Made by a program: the position numbers and the translations under genes | In this document: piece by piece, positions 52,797 to 64,000 of the stretch | How positions within the stretch are numbered: the stretch's first letter is position 1 | How the letters are laid out: the number at the start of each line of letters is the position of its first letter | The notes under the pieces: generated by a model | Seen by the model: only the letters and a program-made list of their open reading frames with translations | Told to the model about the DNA's origin: nothing | Database searches by the model: none | NCBI GenBank assembly: GCA_021821045.1 | Contig: JAKACW010000004.1 | Coordinates: forward strand, 33,835 to 97,834 | From: Pseudomonadota bacterium | Lineage (GTDB): Bacteria > Pseudomonadota > Gammaproteobacteria > JAADHS01 | Length of the DNA: 64,000 nt | Reading direction: 5' to 3'

Positions 52797-55244
52797 TCAG
52801 CGGGATTCGAAGGCGATCTCGTCGCCCTTGAGGTAGAACTCGCCCGGCCCCAACTCCTTGTCAACGGTCCGGGAGATGCCGAAAAGCCGTATCTGAACGC
52901 CGGGGAAGACGCGGCGCAGCACGCGGACTCGCGCCTGTTTCAACTCCGCCATGCGTGCGATGAGATCGTCCCGCTCGCTTTGCGCGCTCGCCAACTCATT
53001 GCGCATCGCGTCGACCGTGTTGCAGATCTTGTGACAGGTCGCGTTGCCGTCCTGGCCACCGGCCGCCGCACACTGGGCACACAGCGCTTCCAATCCGGTG
53101 AGATCGTTCTTGATTTTTTCGAGGCGTGCTTTCATGGCAGCCAAGTCGTCGATCAGCGGCGCCGGCAGCTCCAATTCGACCCGGGTTTTAACGCAGGCCG
53201 CCGAACCCAGCACCGCCGCTGTAATGCCACTCTGAGCGCGCACCTGACCACCCAGAATGGCGCCCTTGCTCGGGTCGGCGATCCGAATCGCGCCGCAGCT
53301 GCGAAGATCACAATTGACAAGCGCTTTGCCGATCGCGACATCGCCATCGACGCGAACTTTGCCCAGTTCGATAAATTGCGCCTGCATCGTTCCCTTGACG
53401 CAAACGTCGCTCTGCCCGCCTCGCACGCCGCCGTGCACCACCAGGCTGCCGCCCACGTCCACCCGCGCCTGCTCGATGTTCTGCTGCACAACGACATCGC
53501 CGGAGGCCGCAACGCGAAAGCCCGCGATAACGTAGCCTTTGACATGAACATTGAGTTTGGCGTCAATATTGCCGGTGGCCGGGCCGACGTCGCCGCCAAC
53601 CGCCAATAGGTCAGTTACCGCGAGCGCGCCGTTGCTCACTAACAGGGCGCCATCGCGCGATGCCACGAACACGCCGTCCGCCTGCTCTTCAACGCCTTCC
53701 AGTGTCAGTTCCAACGGTTTGGGTTCGCGCCCGGGAATTTCGTTGCCCAGCACGTCGCATCCCATTCGCGCCGGCACCGCCGCGACGCGCCGCGCCACCA
53801 CGGCGCCCGCCATCACATTCACGGGATAGTTGTGGTCGTGAAAGTCAATGCGACCGTTCTGCAGCACTTTTCCGGAGCTGACCTTGTCCACCAACGCCAA
53901 CGACTCATCCACGCCGTCCACCGCCGGCGTGCCTTTGGCGACCACGACCCGTTTCAAGAGCAACGCGCTCGAGCCGGCCAGCTGCTGTAAGGCATGGCGG
54001 ATGGTTTCGAGCTGCAGACCAACGACAACGCCGAACGACGCCAGTGCTTCCAAAATGTCCGCTTCGCATACGGCCCGCCCATCTTTCGCCGACGACGTTT
54101 TGTAAACGTCCATCGTCGCCTTCATGCGGTCGTCTTCCACGTACAACGGCGTTACGACACTCACCACATCATTGCCGTAGGCGATGCGGCCGTAAATCTT
54201 CGCCGCATACACCCGTCGCGGACCCTGCTCGATGATTTCAACGCCATCGCCGGCTTGCGGCACCGCCACGCTCGCCGTTTTTGCCGGAAGTTCGTTGCCG
54301 AGCACGTCCCGTCCATTCGCCCCCGCCGCGGCAGGGACCGTAACTTCCGCCAGAATGTCGCCACGGCGCACCACCGCCATCGCGGTGCAAATCGTCGCCA
54401 AAGGAATGCGCCACGCAATCGTCGCGGGTTGCTCGTCGACCGCAGCCTGGCCCCGCGCGACAACGACGTCGTCTTGAACCTGGCGGCTATGGTTCAGTGC
54501 TGTCAGCGCGCTTTCCAGCTCGGATTCACAAATGCCGTGACGAACGCCAAGCTCAGTAAGCGTGACGATAATATGCGGCAACGTCACCGCTTCGTCGTCC
54601 AGTGGATGCAGTGTCATGGTCGCGGTCAATTTGTCCGGCGCAATCGTAACAAAGGGATTGACGCTCAAAACACCGCCATCGAGTTGGACGCAACCGTAGA
54701 ACAGCGCCGTGAATTCCCTGCCCTCGCCCGTGTCCACGGCAAGGATTCCAGAACCGCACGACGACAGCGTGTCAACGCCATCCCGCGCCCGCGTCTTGTT
54801 GCCGAATACGTCAATGCCGGGCTCGCCGGCCGTCGCGGGAACATAGCGACCGATGATTTGCTGTGGCCGAACAACGCGCGGCGCGCCGGCCGTCTTCGGC
54901 TCGGTCGTCCAGGTGAGCACGCCGTCTGTTCCGTCGCGGGCCGCCCGCCCCCGGACGATGACGATCGATACGCCCGACTCCGCGGCGACAGGCTTCACTT
55001 TTCCCGAATTAACATCAGCCAACGCCTGATCGATGGCCGCCCGGTCGATGCCGTTGGTGACTTTGAGTTTTTTCAGCTTGGCTAGAATTTGCGATGCCGT
55101 GACCGGCTTGCCGCCGCCGATTGGCGGCGTTAATTCATCGAGAAAAACTTCGTATGCATCCCGCGCTATCCTGACACGAAATTTTCCGTCGATTGCCGGG
55201 GTGTCCGTTGCCGGCGGTCTGGACAACAGTTCCGAAGAGCTCAT
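52797..55244 (-). CDS. FapA/DUF342-family protein with three N-terminal repeats
   Basis: Three D...A..V..GI/L...ARG..A.DG modules, GRIDF, GDV...TGNI beta-helix, GG...A, coiled coil, VFPGV.I. Confidence 0.85.
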   Translation of the reverse strand: MSSSELLSRPPATDTPAIDGKFRVRIARDAYEVFLDELTPPIGGGKPVTASQILAKLKKLKVTNGIDRAAIDQALADVNSGKVKPVAAESGVSIVIVRGRAARDGTDGVLTWTTEPKTAGAPRVVRPQQIIGRYVPATAGEPGIDVFGNKTRARDGVDTLSSCGSGILAVDTGEGREFTALFYGCVQLDGGVLSVNPFVTIAPDKLTATMTLHPLDDEAVTLPHIIVTLTELGVRHGICESELESALTALNHSRQVQDDVVVARGQAAVDEQPATIAWRIPLATICTAMAVVRRGDILAEVTVPAAAGANGRDVLGNELPAKTASVAVPQAGDGVEIIEQGPRRVYAAKIYGRIAYGNDVVSVVTPLYVEDDRMKATMDVYKTSSAKDGRAVCEADILEALASFGVVVGLQLETIRHALQQLAGSSALLLKRVVVAKGTPAVDGVDESLALVDKVSSGKVLQNGRIDFHDHNYPVNVMAGAVVARRVAAVPARMGCDVLGNEIPGREPKPLELTLEGVEEQADGVFVASRDGALLVSNGALAVTDLLAVGGDVGPATGNIDAKLNVHVKGYVIAGFRVAASGDVVVQQNIEQARVDVGGSLVVHGGVRGGQSDVCVKGTMQAQFIELGKVRVDGDVAIGKALVNCDLRSCGAIRIADPSKGAILGGQVRAQSGITAAVLGSAACVKTRVELELPAPLIDDLAAMKARLEKIKNDLTGLEALCAQCAAAGGQDGNATCHKICNTVDAMRNELASAQSERDDLIARMAELKQARVRVLRRVFPGVQIRLFGISRTVDKELGPGEFYLKGDEIAFESR

Positions 55245-55289
55245 GTCACACCTGGGGCCGCAGGGTTGCGCGCCTTGTGCCTACTCTCG

Positions 55290-55316
55290 TTATCGGCCGC
55301 ACGCCTAACTTACTAA
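55290..55316 (-). promoter_or_regulatory. Candidate sigma28 promoter of the FapA-like gene
   Basis: Perfect GCCGATAA -10 box; weak -35 (TTAG) at 15-nt spacing. Confidence 0.55.
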
Positions 55317-55400
55317 GAATTGTTACAAATTTTTGCCCATCCCCGACGCGGTGACAAACCGGTTATACTACGCGCCGGTTCCGCCGCCTGATACGATGCT

Positions 55401-56219
55401 ATGGCCCGCTTTCGCAGCAAAATCATACAACTCTGCCTATGGACACTCCTCGGCTTGGCCCTATTCTCGAGCGGCTGCGCGACGCTCGAGGAAGAAACCA
55501 AGGATTGGTCCGCCGCCCGCCTCTATAGGGCCGCCAAAGCGGCGCTCGATACCGCCGACTACGAAACCGCACTAAAACACCTGGAAACCCTCGAAGCCCG
55601 CTATCCATTCGGCCGCTTCGCCCAGCAGGCCCAGATGGACATGATTTACGCCTATTACAAGTACGACGAGCCGGATTCGGCCATCGCCGCGGCCGATCGC
55701 TTTATCAAGCTTTACCCGCGGCATCCCAACGTCGACTACGCCTACTACATGCGAGGCCTGGCCAGCTTCAACAAGGGGATGGGGGCGCTGGATTACTTGT
55801 TCAACATCGACGCCACACGGCGCGACCCGCGCGCCGTGCGCGAAGCATTCAACTACTTCACGACCCTGGTCAATCAGTATCCCGACTCGGCCTACACCGC
55901 CGATGCCGTCAAGCGGCTAGTGCATTTGCACAATCATCTTGCCCAACACGAGCTGCATGTCGCCGATTACTATCTGCGGCGCGGCGCCAACGTCGCGGCC
56001 GCGGGTCGTGCCAAACATATTGTCGAGCGCTATCAGCGCACTCCGGCAGCGCGAGAAGCGCTTTACCTTTTGTACGAAGCCTACACTCGACTCGGGCTGT
56101 ACGATTTGGCCAGCGATGTCCTAAGGGTGCTCGAGCTCAATGCCCCCGACCACCCCGCGCTGGCTGAATTGCGGGCGGAAAAAGAATCGTCGAACGACAG
56201 CGCCGCCGACGGGCTTTAG
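55401..56219 (+). CDS. bamD: Outer membrane protein assembly factor BamD
   Basis: Lipobox SSGC, LEARYPFG, AADRFI.LYP.HP..DYAYY, HELHVA.YY. Confidence 0.96.
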   Translation: MARFRSKIIQLCLWTLLGLALFSSGCATLEEETKDWSAARLYRAAKAALDTADYETALKHLETLEARYPFGRFAQQAQMDMIYAYYKYDEPDSAIAAADRFIKLYPRHPNVDYAYYMRGLASFNKGMGALDYLFNIDATRRDPRAVREAFNYFTTLVNQYPDSAYTADAVKRLVHLHNHLAQHELHVADYYLRRGANVAAAGRAKHIVERYQRTPAAREALYLLYEAYTRLGLYDLASDVLRVLELNAPDHPALAELRAEKESSNDSAADGL

Positions 56220-56223
56220 CCAA

Positions 56224-56571
<348 letters not shown>

Positions 56572-56597
56572 CTAAGGAACCTCTATTAAATTTAGCC

Positions 56598-58229
56598 CTA
56601 CGTCCAGAATTTAGCGGTAATAGGATAGCGCCGGTCGCGACCAAACGCACGGCGCGTCACCCGTACCCCCGGCGGCGCTTGGCGGCGTTTGTACTCATTG
56701 CGGTTGACCATCTGCACCACTTTCCGCACCGTGGCCTCGTCGAAACCGGCCTTGACGATCTCGTTCGGCTCCTTGTCCTGCTCGATATACAGTTCCAGTA
56801 TCGGGTCCAAAACGTCGTAAGGCGGCAACGAGTCCTGGTCGGTTTGATTCGGGGCCAGTTCCGCGCTGGGCGGGCGATCGATCACGCGGGCCGGAATTAC
56901 CTCATCCAAACTATTGCGATAGCGCGCCAAGCGGTACACCCATGTCTTGGGCAGATCCTTGATCGGCGCGAATCCCCCGGCCATGTCGCCATACAGCGTG
57001 GCGTAGCCGACGGCCATTTCGCTCTTGTTACCGGTGGTCAGAAGGATTTTGCGCTTCTTGTTGGAAATGGCCATCAAAATAACGCCCCGACAGCGGGCTT
57101 GAATGTTCTCCTCCGTCACATCGGGCGGCAAATCCTTGAACTCGTCGCGCAGCGACCTAAGAAACGTATCGAAAACCGGCTCGATGGAAATGACGGAAAA
57201 CCCAACGCCCATGTCTTGCGCTTGGCGCTTGGCATCCTCCACGCTCATCGCGGCGGTATAACGGGATGGCATCATAACCGCTTCGACCTGATCGGCGCCG
57301 AGCGCGTCGACCGCCAGCGCCAGCGTCAACGCGGAATCAATGCCGCCGGACAGCCCCAACACGGCGCCGCTGAAGCCGTTCTTATTGACGTAGTCCCGAA
57401 TGCCCAACACGATGGCGCGATACAAGTCCTGCTCGGCCCGCGCATCCATGACGCAGGACTTGGGCACCGGCCGCACGCCCTGCTCGACGTGAAAATCGAC
57501 GGCGAACAACCCTTCCTCGAACGCAACCTCCCGCGCCGCCAGCCGTCCCTCAGCGTTCATCACCATGGAGCCGCCGTCGAACACCAATTCGTCCTGACCG
57601 CCGACCAGATTCACGTACACGACGGGCATGGGGGCTTCGGCGACGCGCATGCGCAGCACGCTTTCCCGCTCCTGATGCTTGCCGATGTGATAGGGCGACG
57701 CATTGAGATTGAGCATCAGCTTCGCGCCCGCTTGGGCGGCGCTCGCCATCGGCCCCGGATGCCATAAGTCTTCGCAGATCGTCACACCGACGGGAACACC
57801 GTCAAAATCGATCACACACGGCGCGCCACCGCTTTGAAAGTAGCGCTTCTCGTCGAACACGGAATAATTCGGCAGATGGTGCTTGAAATAGCGGCCGATG
57901 ATTTCGCCTTCGCGCAGCCACAGTGCCGCGTTGTACAGGCCGTTCTGTTCCCGCCACGGCAGACCGATCACCGCGTCGATGCCGCGCAACTTGGTCCGCA
58001 GCATATTGATGCCGTGTTGCGCCTTGTCGATGAATCCGGCGCGCAACAATAAGTCCTCCGGCGGATAGCCGGTCAGCGCCAATTCCGGGAAAACGACGAT
58101 GCCCGCCTTGAGATCGTCGCGGGCGCGTTGGGCCGCGGCAAGAATCCTCTCGGCGTTGCCCCCGATGTCGCCCACGACGACATTGAGCTGGGCCATGGCC
58201 ACACGCAACACCTTGGCAGGCTTGGCCAT
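56598..58229 (-). CDS. nadE: Glutamine-dependent NAD+ synthetase
   Basis: Nitrilase E-K-C (FPEL, FK..LPNY, ICED), GLSGGIDS, ENIQAR, TGNKSE. Confidence 0.97.
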   Translation of the reverse strand: MAKPAKVLRVAMAQLNVVVGDIGGNAERILAAAQRARDDLKAGIVVFPELALTGYPPEDLLLRAGFIDKAQHGINMLRTKLRGIDAVIGLPWREQNGLYNAALWLREGEIIGRYFKHHLPNYSVFDEKRYFQSGGAPCVIDFDGVPVGVTICEDLWHPGPMASAAQAGAKLMLNLNASPYHIGKHQERESVLRMRVAEAPMPVVYVNLVGGQDELVFDGGSMVMNAEGRLAAREVAFEEGLFAVDFHVEQGVRPVPKSCVMDARAEQDLYRAIVLGIRDYVNKNGFSGAVLGLSGGIDSALTLALAVDALGADQVEAVMMPSRYTAAMSVEDAKRQAQDMGVGFSVISIEPVFDTFLRSLRDEFKDLPPDVTEENIQARCRGVILMAISNKKRKILLTTGNKSEMAVGYATLYGDMAGGFAPIKDLPKTWVYRLARYRNSLDEVIPARVIDRPPSAELAPNQTDQDSLPPYDVLDPILELYIEQDKEPNEIVKAGFDEATVRKVVQMVNRNEYKRRQAPPGVRVTRRAFGRDRRYPITAKFWT

Positions 58230-58244
58230 ACCTATCCTATGCGG

Positions 58245-59117
58245 CTAACCTTGAAAGAACTCGAGCATGCGCGAGCCGATGTCCGCCGGCGACCGCGCGA
58301 TGGACACGCCCGCCGCATCGAGCGCGGCGAATTTTTCTTTCGCCGTGCCCTTACCGCCGGAAATGATCGCCCCGGCGTGCCCCATGCGTTTTCCGGGGGG
58401 CGCGGTGACACCGGCGATGTAGGCGACGATCGGTTTGCGCACCTTGGCCCGAATGAACTCGGCGGCCTCTTCTTCCTCACTGCCGCCAATCTCGCCCACC
58501 AGCACGATACCCTTGGTCTGGCGATCTTCCTGAAACAACTCCAGACAATCCTTGAACGTCAGGCCGTGCACCGGATCGCCGCCGATGCCGATGCACGTGG
58601 TCTGGCCAAGGCCGTTTTGCGTCGTCTGATAGACGGCCTCATAGGTCAGCGTGCCCGAACGCGACACGATCCCGATGCAGCCCGGCTTGTGAATGACGCC
58701 CGGCATGATGCCGATCTTGCATTGGCCCGGCGTGATGATGCCCGGACAATTCGGGCCGATCAGTTTTGCGTTGTGGTGACGCAGCACGGCTTTGACGCGC
58801 ACCATGTCGAGTACGGGAATGCCTTCGGTGATGCACACGATGACTTGGATACCGTCTTCGGCGGCTTCGATGATCGCGTCCGCCGCATACGCCGCCGGGA
58901 CGTAGATCATGGTTGCATCGGCCTGGGTCGCCTGCACGGCCTGTCGCACCGTATCGAACACCGGTCGATCCAAATGGGTTTGACCGCCTTTGCCGGGCGT
59001 CACGCCGCCCACCAGCTGCGTTCCGTAAGCGATCGCCTGCTCGGAGTGAAACGTGCCTTGCTTGCCGGTAAAGCCTTGGCATATCACCCGCGTGTTTTTG
59101 TTCACCAATACCGCCAT
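58245..59117 (-). CDS. sucD: Succinyl-CoA synthetase alpha subunit
   Basis: [30 protein letters not shown]. Confidence 0.98.
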   Translation of the reverse strand: MAVLVNKNTRVICQGFTGKQGTFHSEQAIAYGTQLVGGVTPGKGGQTHLDRPVFDTVRQAVQATQADATMIYVPAAYAADAIIEAAEDGIQVIVCITEGIPVLDMVRVKAVLRHHNAKLIGPNCPGIITPGQCKIGIMPGVIHKPGCIGIVSRSGTLTYEAVYQTTQNGLGQTTCIGIGGDPVHGLTFKDCLELFQEDRQTKGIVLVGEIGGSEEEEAAEFIRAKVRKPIVAYIAGVTAPPGKRMGHAGAIISGGKGTAKEKFAALDAAGVSIARSPADIGSRMLEFFQG

Positions 59118-60289
59118 TAGACCTGTCCTCCCAGTGCGGCGCGCACCACCTTTTGCGCCGCGTCCGTCAGCGTTGCGCCTGCGGTCAAGGCCAGACCGCT
59201 CTCGCTCAGCAGTTTGCGCCCGGCCTCGGCGTTGGTGCCTTCCAGTCGCACCACCACCGGTATATTGACTTTGACGTCGCGCACCGCGGAGATAATGCCC
59301 TCGGCGATCAGATCACAGCGCACGATGCCGCCGAAAATATTCACCAGCACCGCTTTGACCTTCGTATCGGAAAGGATCAGCTTGAATGCCTCGGCCACCC
59401 GCTCCTTGGTCGTTCCGCCGCCCACATCGAGAAAGTTCGCCGGTTCGCCGCCGTGGAGCTTGATCAGATCCATGGTCGCCATGGCCAGCCCGGCGCCGTT
59501 GACCATGCAGCCGATGGAACCGTTGAGGCTGATGTAATTGAGGTTGTGTTTCTGCGCCTCCAACTCCTTGGCGTCCTCCTGAGTCGGATCGTGCAGCGCC
59601 GTGATGTCGCTATGACGGTACAACGCGTTGTCGTCGATGTTGATCTTGGCGTCCAGCGCGATGAGCTTGTCATCGCCGGTCAGAATGAGCGGATTGATTT
59701 CCACCAGGCTTGCATCCTTACCGATGAACAACGCGTAGATGCCGTTAAGCACCGCCGCCAGTTGATTCACTTGCGCCAACGGCATGCCCAGACCGAAACC
59801 GATGTTGCGGATCTGGTAAGGCATCAACCCTACGACCGGATCGATGCGCTCGCGCACGAATAGGCTTGGATTGGCCGCGGCCGCTTCCTCCACCTCAGTG
59901 CCGCCGGCGCGGGTCGCCATGAGCGTCACCCGTTGAGCGCCGCGGTCGACCACGGCGGCGACATAGAATTCTTGTTTGATCTCGCATTGCGGCTCGATGA
60001 GCACCCGGTTGATGGGCAGCCCGGCCTCGCCGGTTTGCTTGGTCTTAAGCGTGGACCCCAGCATGGCCTGGGCGGAATCCCTAACTTGGTCCAGGTTGTT
60101 GGCCAGCTTCACGCCGCCTGCCTTGCCGCGCCCGCCGGCGTGGACCTGGGCCTTGACCACCCAACCGGTGCCACCAAGGGATTTCGCGGCTTCCACGGCC
60201 TCCTGGGCGGTTGTAGCGGTGGCCCCGGACAACACCGGTATGCCGAAGTCTCTAAACAGTTGTTTGGCCTGGAACTCGTGTAGGTTCAT
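59117..60289 (-). CDS. sucC: Succinyl-CoA synthetase beta subunit
   Basis: [38 protein letters not shown]. Confidence 0.98.
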   Translation of the reverse strand: MNLHEFQAKQLFRDFGIPVLSGATATTAQEAVEAAKSLGGTGWVVKAQVHAGGRGKAGGVKLANNLDQVRDSAQAMLGSTLKTKQTGEAGLPINRVLIEPQCEIKQEFYVAAVVDRGAQRVTLMATRAGGTEVEEAAAANPSLFVRERIDPVVGLMPYQIRNIGFGLGMPLAQVNQLAAVLNGIYALFIGKDASLVEINPLILTGDDKLIALDAKINIDDNALYRHSDITALHDPTQEDAKELEAQKHNLNYISLNGSIGCMVNGAGLAMATMDLIKLHGGEPANFLDVGGGTTKERVAEAFKLILSDTKVKAVLVNIFGGIVRCDLIAEGIISAVRDVKVNIPVVVRLEGTNAEAGRKLLSESGLALTAGATLTDAAQKVVRAALGGQV

Positions 60290-60328
60290 CCTGGGTTCTC
60301 GCGCTCCAAAAACTTCTAAAAATCATGG

Positions 60329-60359
60329 CATAAGGCCGCCCTTTAACGGCGGCCTTATG
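60329..60359 (-). terminator. Terminator-like hairpin between ssb and sucC
   Basis: CATAAGGCCGCC-N7-GGCGGCCTTATG with a T run shortly downstream on the minus strand. Confidence 0.55.
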
Positions 60360-60383
60360 GTACATCCCTTCGGGTTCGGCACC

Positions 60384-60845
60384 CTAGAACGGAATATCGT
60401 CGTCGAAATCTTCCGATGGCGCGCCGCGAGGGGCCGGTCCGCCGCTGTCGCGTCCACCGCCACCACCGCCGCCGCCCGACTCCATTGCGCCGCCGCCGCC
60501 GCCGCGACCGTCGAGCATTTGCATTTCGCCGACGATGATCTCCGTGGTGTAGCGGTCTTGGCCGGTGTTCTTGTCCTGCCACTTGCGGGTCTGCAAGCGA
60601 CCTTCAACGAAAATCTTGGAACCCTTCTTCAGGTACTCGCCGACGATTTCCGCCAAGCGATTGTAGAAAACGAGGTTGTGCCATTCCGTGCGCTCTTGCT
60701 GCTCTCCGGACTGTTTGTCGCGCCAAGTGTCGGTGGTCGCGATGGAAACGTTGGCCACCGCCGAACCTCCCGCCGTGTAACGCACCTCTGGATCGCGACC
60801 CAGATTGCCGATGAGAATGACCTTGTTTACGCTGCCTTTTGCCAT
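60384..60845 (-). CDS. ssb: Single-stranded DNA-binding protein
   Basis: [16 protein letters not shown], Gly-rich linker, DFDDDIPF tail. Confidence 0.98.
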   Translation of the reverse strand: MAKGSVNKVILIGNLGRDPEVRYTAGGSAVANVSIATTDTWRDKQSGEQQERTEWHNLVFYNRLAEIVGEYLKKGSKIFVEGRLQTRKWQDKNTGQDRYTTEIIVGEMQMLDGRGGGGGAMESGGGGGGGGRDSGGPAPRGAPSEDFDDDIPF

Positions 60846-60947
60846 ATTACTTACTCCGTTCCTCGTTATCGTCTATATAGTTGATCGTCAAGTTTCATCA
60901 TCCACGGCACGACGGCGACATCGCCGCAGGCCACGAATTCGTGCAAT

Positions 60948-62327
60948 CTAGCCTTCCGCGGCGGAAAAGCGCAATAGGCCATCGCGGTCCAGGGCATGCT
61001 GGTCAACCTTGAGATAGGCCACGCCGTCGCGCGGCACCACCACGGCCTCGGCAACGCCGCGCACCGCCGTCAGCTGCACCGCCAGTTTCTTGCCGTCGTC
61101 GTCGGTCAAGCCGTCGTCGATGCGCAGCATGAAGCTGCTTAAGTAACGCGGATTGCGCATACTGGAGGCCACCACCAACCAGGCCAACGCCACAAACGCA
61201 CAAAAGAAAAATACCGCCGGCAATTGGAAGTAATGATAGATCGTGCCACCGAAAAAGCCGCCGCAGAACGCACCGAAGAACTGACTGCTGGAGTAAATGC
61301 CCATGGCAGTGCCTTTCTTGTCCGGCGGCGCGGTCTTGGCGATCAACGACGGCAAGGTGGCTTCGAGCACATTGAACGCGACAAAAAACACCAGCAGCAC
61401 GCCGACCAGCAACCAAAGACTCGCGCTGACCATCGCCATGGCCAGTTCGGCCGCGCCAATGACCGCGATGGCGCCGAGCAGCACTTGCTTCATGCGGCGG
61501 TGCTTTTCGGCCCGAATTACAAACGGCACCATGGCCCCCAGGGCGATCAACATCACGATGAGATACACCCACCAATGCTGCTCCGCGGGCAGTCCCGCGT
61601 AATCGCGCAGCGCCAACGGAATCACCACGAAATTCGCCGTCAGAATGAGGTGCAGAGCGAAAATACCGAAATCCAATCGCGCCAACTGCCCGTCGGCCAG
61701 CACCATTTTGAACTGCGCAGGCACCGGCTCGGTGTCGCGATGGAATCGGCTGTCCACCGGATCGGGCACCACGAAACGCACCACAACCATCCCCGCCAAG
61801 GCGAAAATCCCAGTGAGCCAAAACAACCCCGGCACGCCGATCCACGGATTGAGCAGCGGTCCGAACACCAGCGACAAACTGAAGGACAAACCGATGCTGG
61901 CGCCGATCACCGCCATCGCCTTGGTGCGGTGCTCTTCCCGCGTCAGATCCGCCGCCAGCGCCATTACCGTGGCGGCGATCGCACCCGCGCCCTGCAACGC
62001 CCGTCCGATGATGATGCCCATCATGGTGTCCGATAACGCCGCCACCGCGCTTCCGAACGCGAAAATACACAGTCCGGCGTATAAAACTTTTTTGCGCCCG
62101 AAATGGTCTGACGCTAGTCCGAAGGGCATTTGAAACACCGCTTGGGTGAGACCATATATGCCCACTGCAAGACCGATCAAGGTAGGCGTGGAGTCGGGAA
62201 GTTCCTGCGCGTACAGCGTGAATACGGGCAAGATCATGAATAACCCCAGCATGCGTATGAGAAACAACGCGGCAAGCGAAAATGCCGCACGCCGTTCCAG
62301 CGGCGTCATGCGTTCTGATTCAACCAT
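60948..62327 (-). CDS. YajR-like MFS transporter
   Basis: RMLGLFM, G..SD.FGRK, GRALQG.GA, FN.LEA.LPS, C-terminal YAM-like AYLKVD; conserved ssb-MFS-uvrA context. Confidence 0.9.
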   Translation of the reverse strand: MVESERMTPLERRAAFSLAALFLIRMLGLFMILPVFTLYAQELPDSTPTLIGLAVGIYGLTQAVFQMPFGLASDHFGRKKVLYAGLCIFAFGSAVAALSDTMMGIIIGRALQGAGAIAATVMALAADLTREEHRTKAMAVIGASIGLSFSLSLVFGPLLNPWIGVPGLFWLTGIFALAGMVVVRFVVPDPVDSRFHRDTEPVPAQFKMVLADGQLARLDFGIFALHLILTANFVVIPLALRDYAGLPAEQHWWVYLIVMLIALGAMVPFVIRAEKHRRMKQVLLGAIAVIGAAELAMAMVSASLWLLVGVLLVFFVAFNVLEATLPSLIAKTAPPDKKGTAMGIYSSSQFFGAFCGGFFGGTIYHYFQLPAVFFFCAFVALAWLVVASSMRNPRYLSSFMLRIDDGLTDDDGKKLAVQLTAVRGVAEAVVVPRDGVAYLKVDQHALDRDGLLRFSAAEG

Positions 62328-62414
62328 CTCTTATATTCTTCTTTTTGCCCCGACCGCAAAGAAGCGCGTATATTAGCAGGTTGTCCCTGGGGGATAAAAC
62401 TAGTTTTCGGGATC

Positions 62415-64000
62415 ATGGATACCATACGCATTCGCGGCGCGCGAACTCACAATTTGAAGAACATCGATCTCGATTTGCCGCGAGATAAGTTCATCGTTAT
62501 CACGGGCTTGTCGGGTTCGGGCAAGTCGTCGCTGGCCTTCGATACGATTTATGCCGAAGGGCAGCGCCGCTACGTCGAGTCCCTCTCCAGCTACGCCCGC
62601 CAGTTTCTTTCCATGCTGGACAAACCCGATGTGGATCACATCGAGGGCCTCTCGCCGGCCATCGCCATTGAGCAGAAAACGACGTCGCATAACCCGCGCT
62701 CCACCGTCGGCACCGTCACCGAGATTTACGACTACCTGCGCTTGCTGTTCGCCCGCACCGGCGAGCCGCGCTGTCCCGAGCACAACGTGCCATTGGCTGC
62801 CCAAACCGTGAGCCAAATGGTCGACCAGATCATGGCGATGCCCGAGGGCACGCGCGTGATGCTGCTGGCGCCCGTGATCGACGCCCGCAAAGGCGAGCAC
62901 CAAACTCTGCTGGAACAACTGCGCGCCCAAGGTTATCTGCGCGCGCGCATCAACGGCGAGATCGTGGAACTGGACGACACACGCAAACTCGATTTGCGGC
63001 GCAAGCACACTATCGAAGTCGTCATCGACCGTTTCAAAGTCCGTGAAGACATGAAACAGCGCCTGGCCGATTCGCTTGAAACGGCGCTGGCGCTGAGCGA
63101 AGGGATCGTTCGCTTGGGTTTCATGGACGAACCCGAGAAGCCGGAGATTCTGTTTTCCGCCAAGTTCGCCTGCCCGCACTGCGGTTACAGCGTGACGGAA
63201 CTGGAGCCGCGGCTGTTTTCCTTCAACAATCCCCAGGGCGCGTGCCCTAGCTGCGACGGTCTGGGCACCAAGCAGATCTTCGATCCGCAGCGCGTCGTTC
63301 ACCATCCGGAAAATTCTCTGGCAGCGGGCGCGGTGCGCGGCTGGGACCGGCGCAACGCCTATTATTTCCAAATGCTCAGTTCGCTGGCCGACCACTACGG
63401 GTTCGACGTCAACACGCCTTTCACGGAACTGCCCAAAGACGTGCAAGACATCATCCTATTCGGCAGCGGCGAGGAAACCATCGAGTTTCGCTACCTCAAC
63501 GAGCGCGGCACGGTGCAAAAGCGCAGCCACCCGTTCGAAGGCGTCATTCCCAACATGCAGCGGCGTTATCATGAAACCGAGTCCAACGTGGTACGGGAAG
63601 AGCTGGCTAAGTATCTCAGCGTGCAGCGCTGCAAGGATTGCGGCGGGACTCGCCTGCGGCGCGAGGCGCGCTACGTGTTCGTCGGCGAGTTGACCTTGCC
63701 GGAAGTCGCCGCCCTGCCCATCAACAAGTCTCTGGCGTTTTTCGAGCAACTCCATCTTGCCGGCAATCGCGGCGAAATCGCCGACAAGATCGTCAAGGAA
63801 ATCCGCCAGCGTTTGTCTTTCCTGATCAATGTCGGCTTGGACTATTTGCACCTCGACCGCGCGGCGGAAACCCTCTCCGGCGGCGAAGCGCAACGTATTC
63901 GACTGGCCAGCCAGATCGGCGCCGGATTGGTGGGGGTGATGTACATCCTCGACGAACCGTCCATCGGTTTACATCAACGGGACAACCAACGCCTGCTGCA
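62415..64000 (+). CDS. uvrA: Excinuclease ABC subunit A, 3' truncated by window edge (absent from the ORF track)
   Basis: [38 protein letters not shown], zinc-finger Cys pairs, [28 protein letters not shown]. Confidence 0.98.
   Translation, partial: MDTIRIRGARTHNLKNIDLDLPRDKFIVITGLSGSGKSSLAFDTIYAEGQRRYVESLSSYARQFLSMLDKPDVDHIEGLSPAIAIEQKTTSHNPRSTVGTVTEIYDYLRLLFARTGEPRCPEHNVPLAAQTVSQMVDQIMAMPEGTRVMLLAPVIDARKGEHQTLLEQLRAQGYLRARINGEIVELDDTRKLDLRRKHTIEVVIDRFKVREDMKQRLADSLETALALSEGIVRLGFMDEPEKPEILFSAKFACPHCGYSVTELEPRLFSFNNPQGACPSCDGLGTKQIFDPQRVVHHPENSLAAGAVRGWDRRNAYYFQMLSSLADHYGFDVNTPFTELPKDVQDIILFGSGEETIEFRYLNERGTVQKRSHPFEGVIPNMQRRYHETESNVVREELAKYLSVQRCKDCGGTRLRREARYVFVGELTLPEVAALPINKSLAFFEQLHLAGNRGEIADKIVKEIRQRLSFLINVGLDYLHLDRAAETLSGGEAQRIRLASQIGAGLVGVMYILDEPSIGLHQRDNQRLL

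Noticed and set aside
60450-60505. GCC/ACC trinucleotide runs
   Set aside because: They encode the normal Gly-rich SSB linker
62328-62414. LexA SOS box upstream of uvrA
   Set aside because: No CTGT-N8-ACAG is present; only a short AAAACTAGTTTT palindrome of unknown meaning

Overview
GC-rich proteobacterial chromosome segment. Gene content and order suggest a gammaproteobacterium of the Chromatiales/Acidiferrobacterales type (inference from gene order only). Most of the window is housekeeping: argF (partial), truD-ispF-ispD-ftsB-eno-kdsA-pyrG-tilS-accA-dnaE, rnhB, ettA, rimI-udg-leuA-pssA-psd-like-ilvC-ilvH-ilvI, ybbP-ybbA/tesA, def-ACT-pgeF-rluD, bamD, glnB-nadE-sucD-sucC-ssb-MFS and uvrA (partial). 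Small accessory or signalling inserts sit between these blocks. I recognised no tRNA, rRNA, CRISPR array, integrase or transposase. The best candidate for an undescribed system is a cassette between dnaE and rnhB. It holds two tandem REC-ANTAR RNA-binding regulators, one phosphorylatable (D54) and one pseudo-receiver (E54). They are separated by a structured, AAUG-rich leader with a possible 64-aa ORF and have sigma28-like promoters. Other signals: an apparently catalytically dead phosphatidylserine decarboxylase kept upstream of pssA, a dead secreted dienelactone-hydrolase homolog, an unannotated Leu-rich leader peptide upstream of leuA, a divergent GlpK/GlpQ/short-GlpD cluster, an orphan solute-binding lipoprotein plus histidine kinase pair, an incomplete OmpA-like barrel, a FapA/DUF342 protein with three N-terminal domains, a near-perfect CRP box ahead of a hypothetical gene, and two REP-like repeat families. 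All family calls come from motif recognition by eye; no database searches were run.
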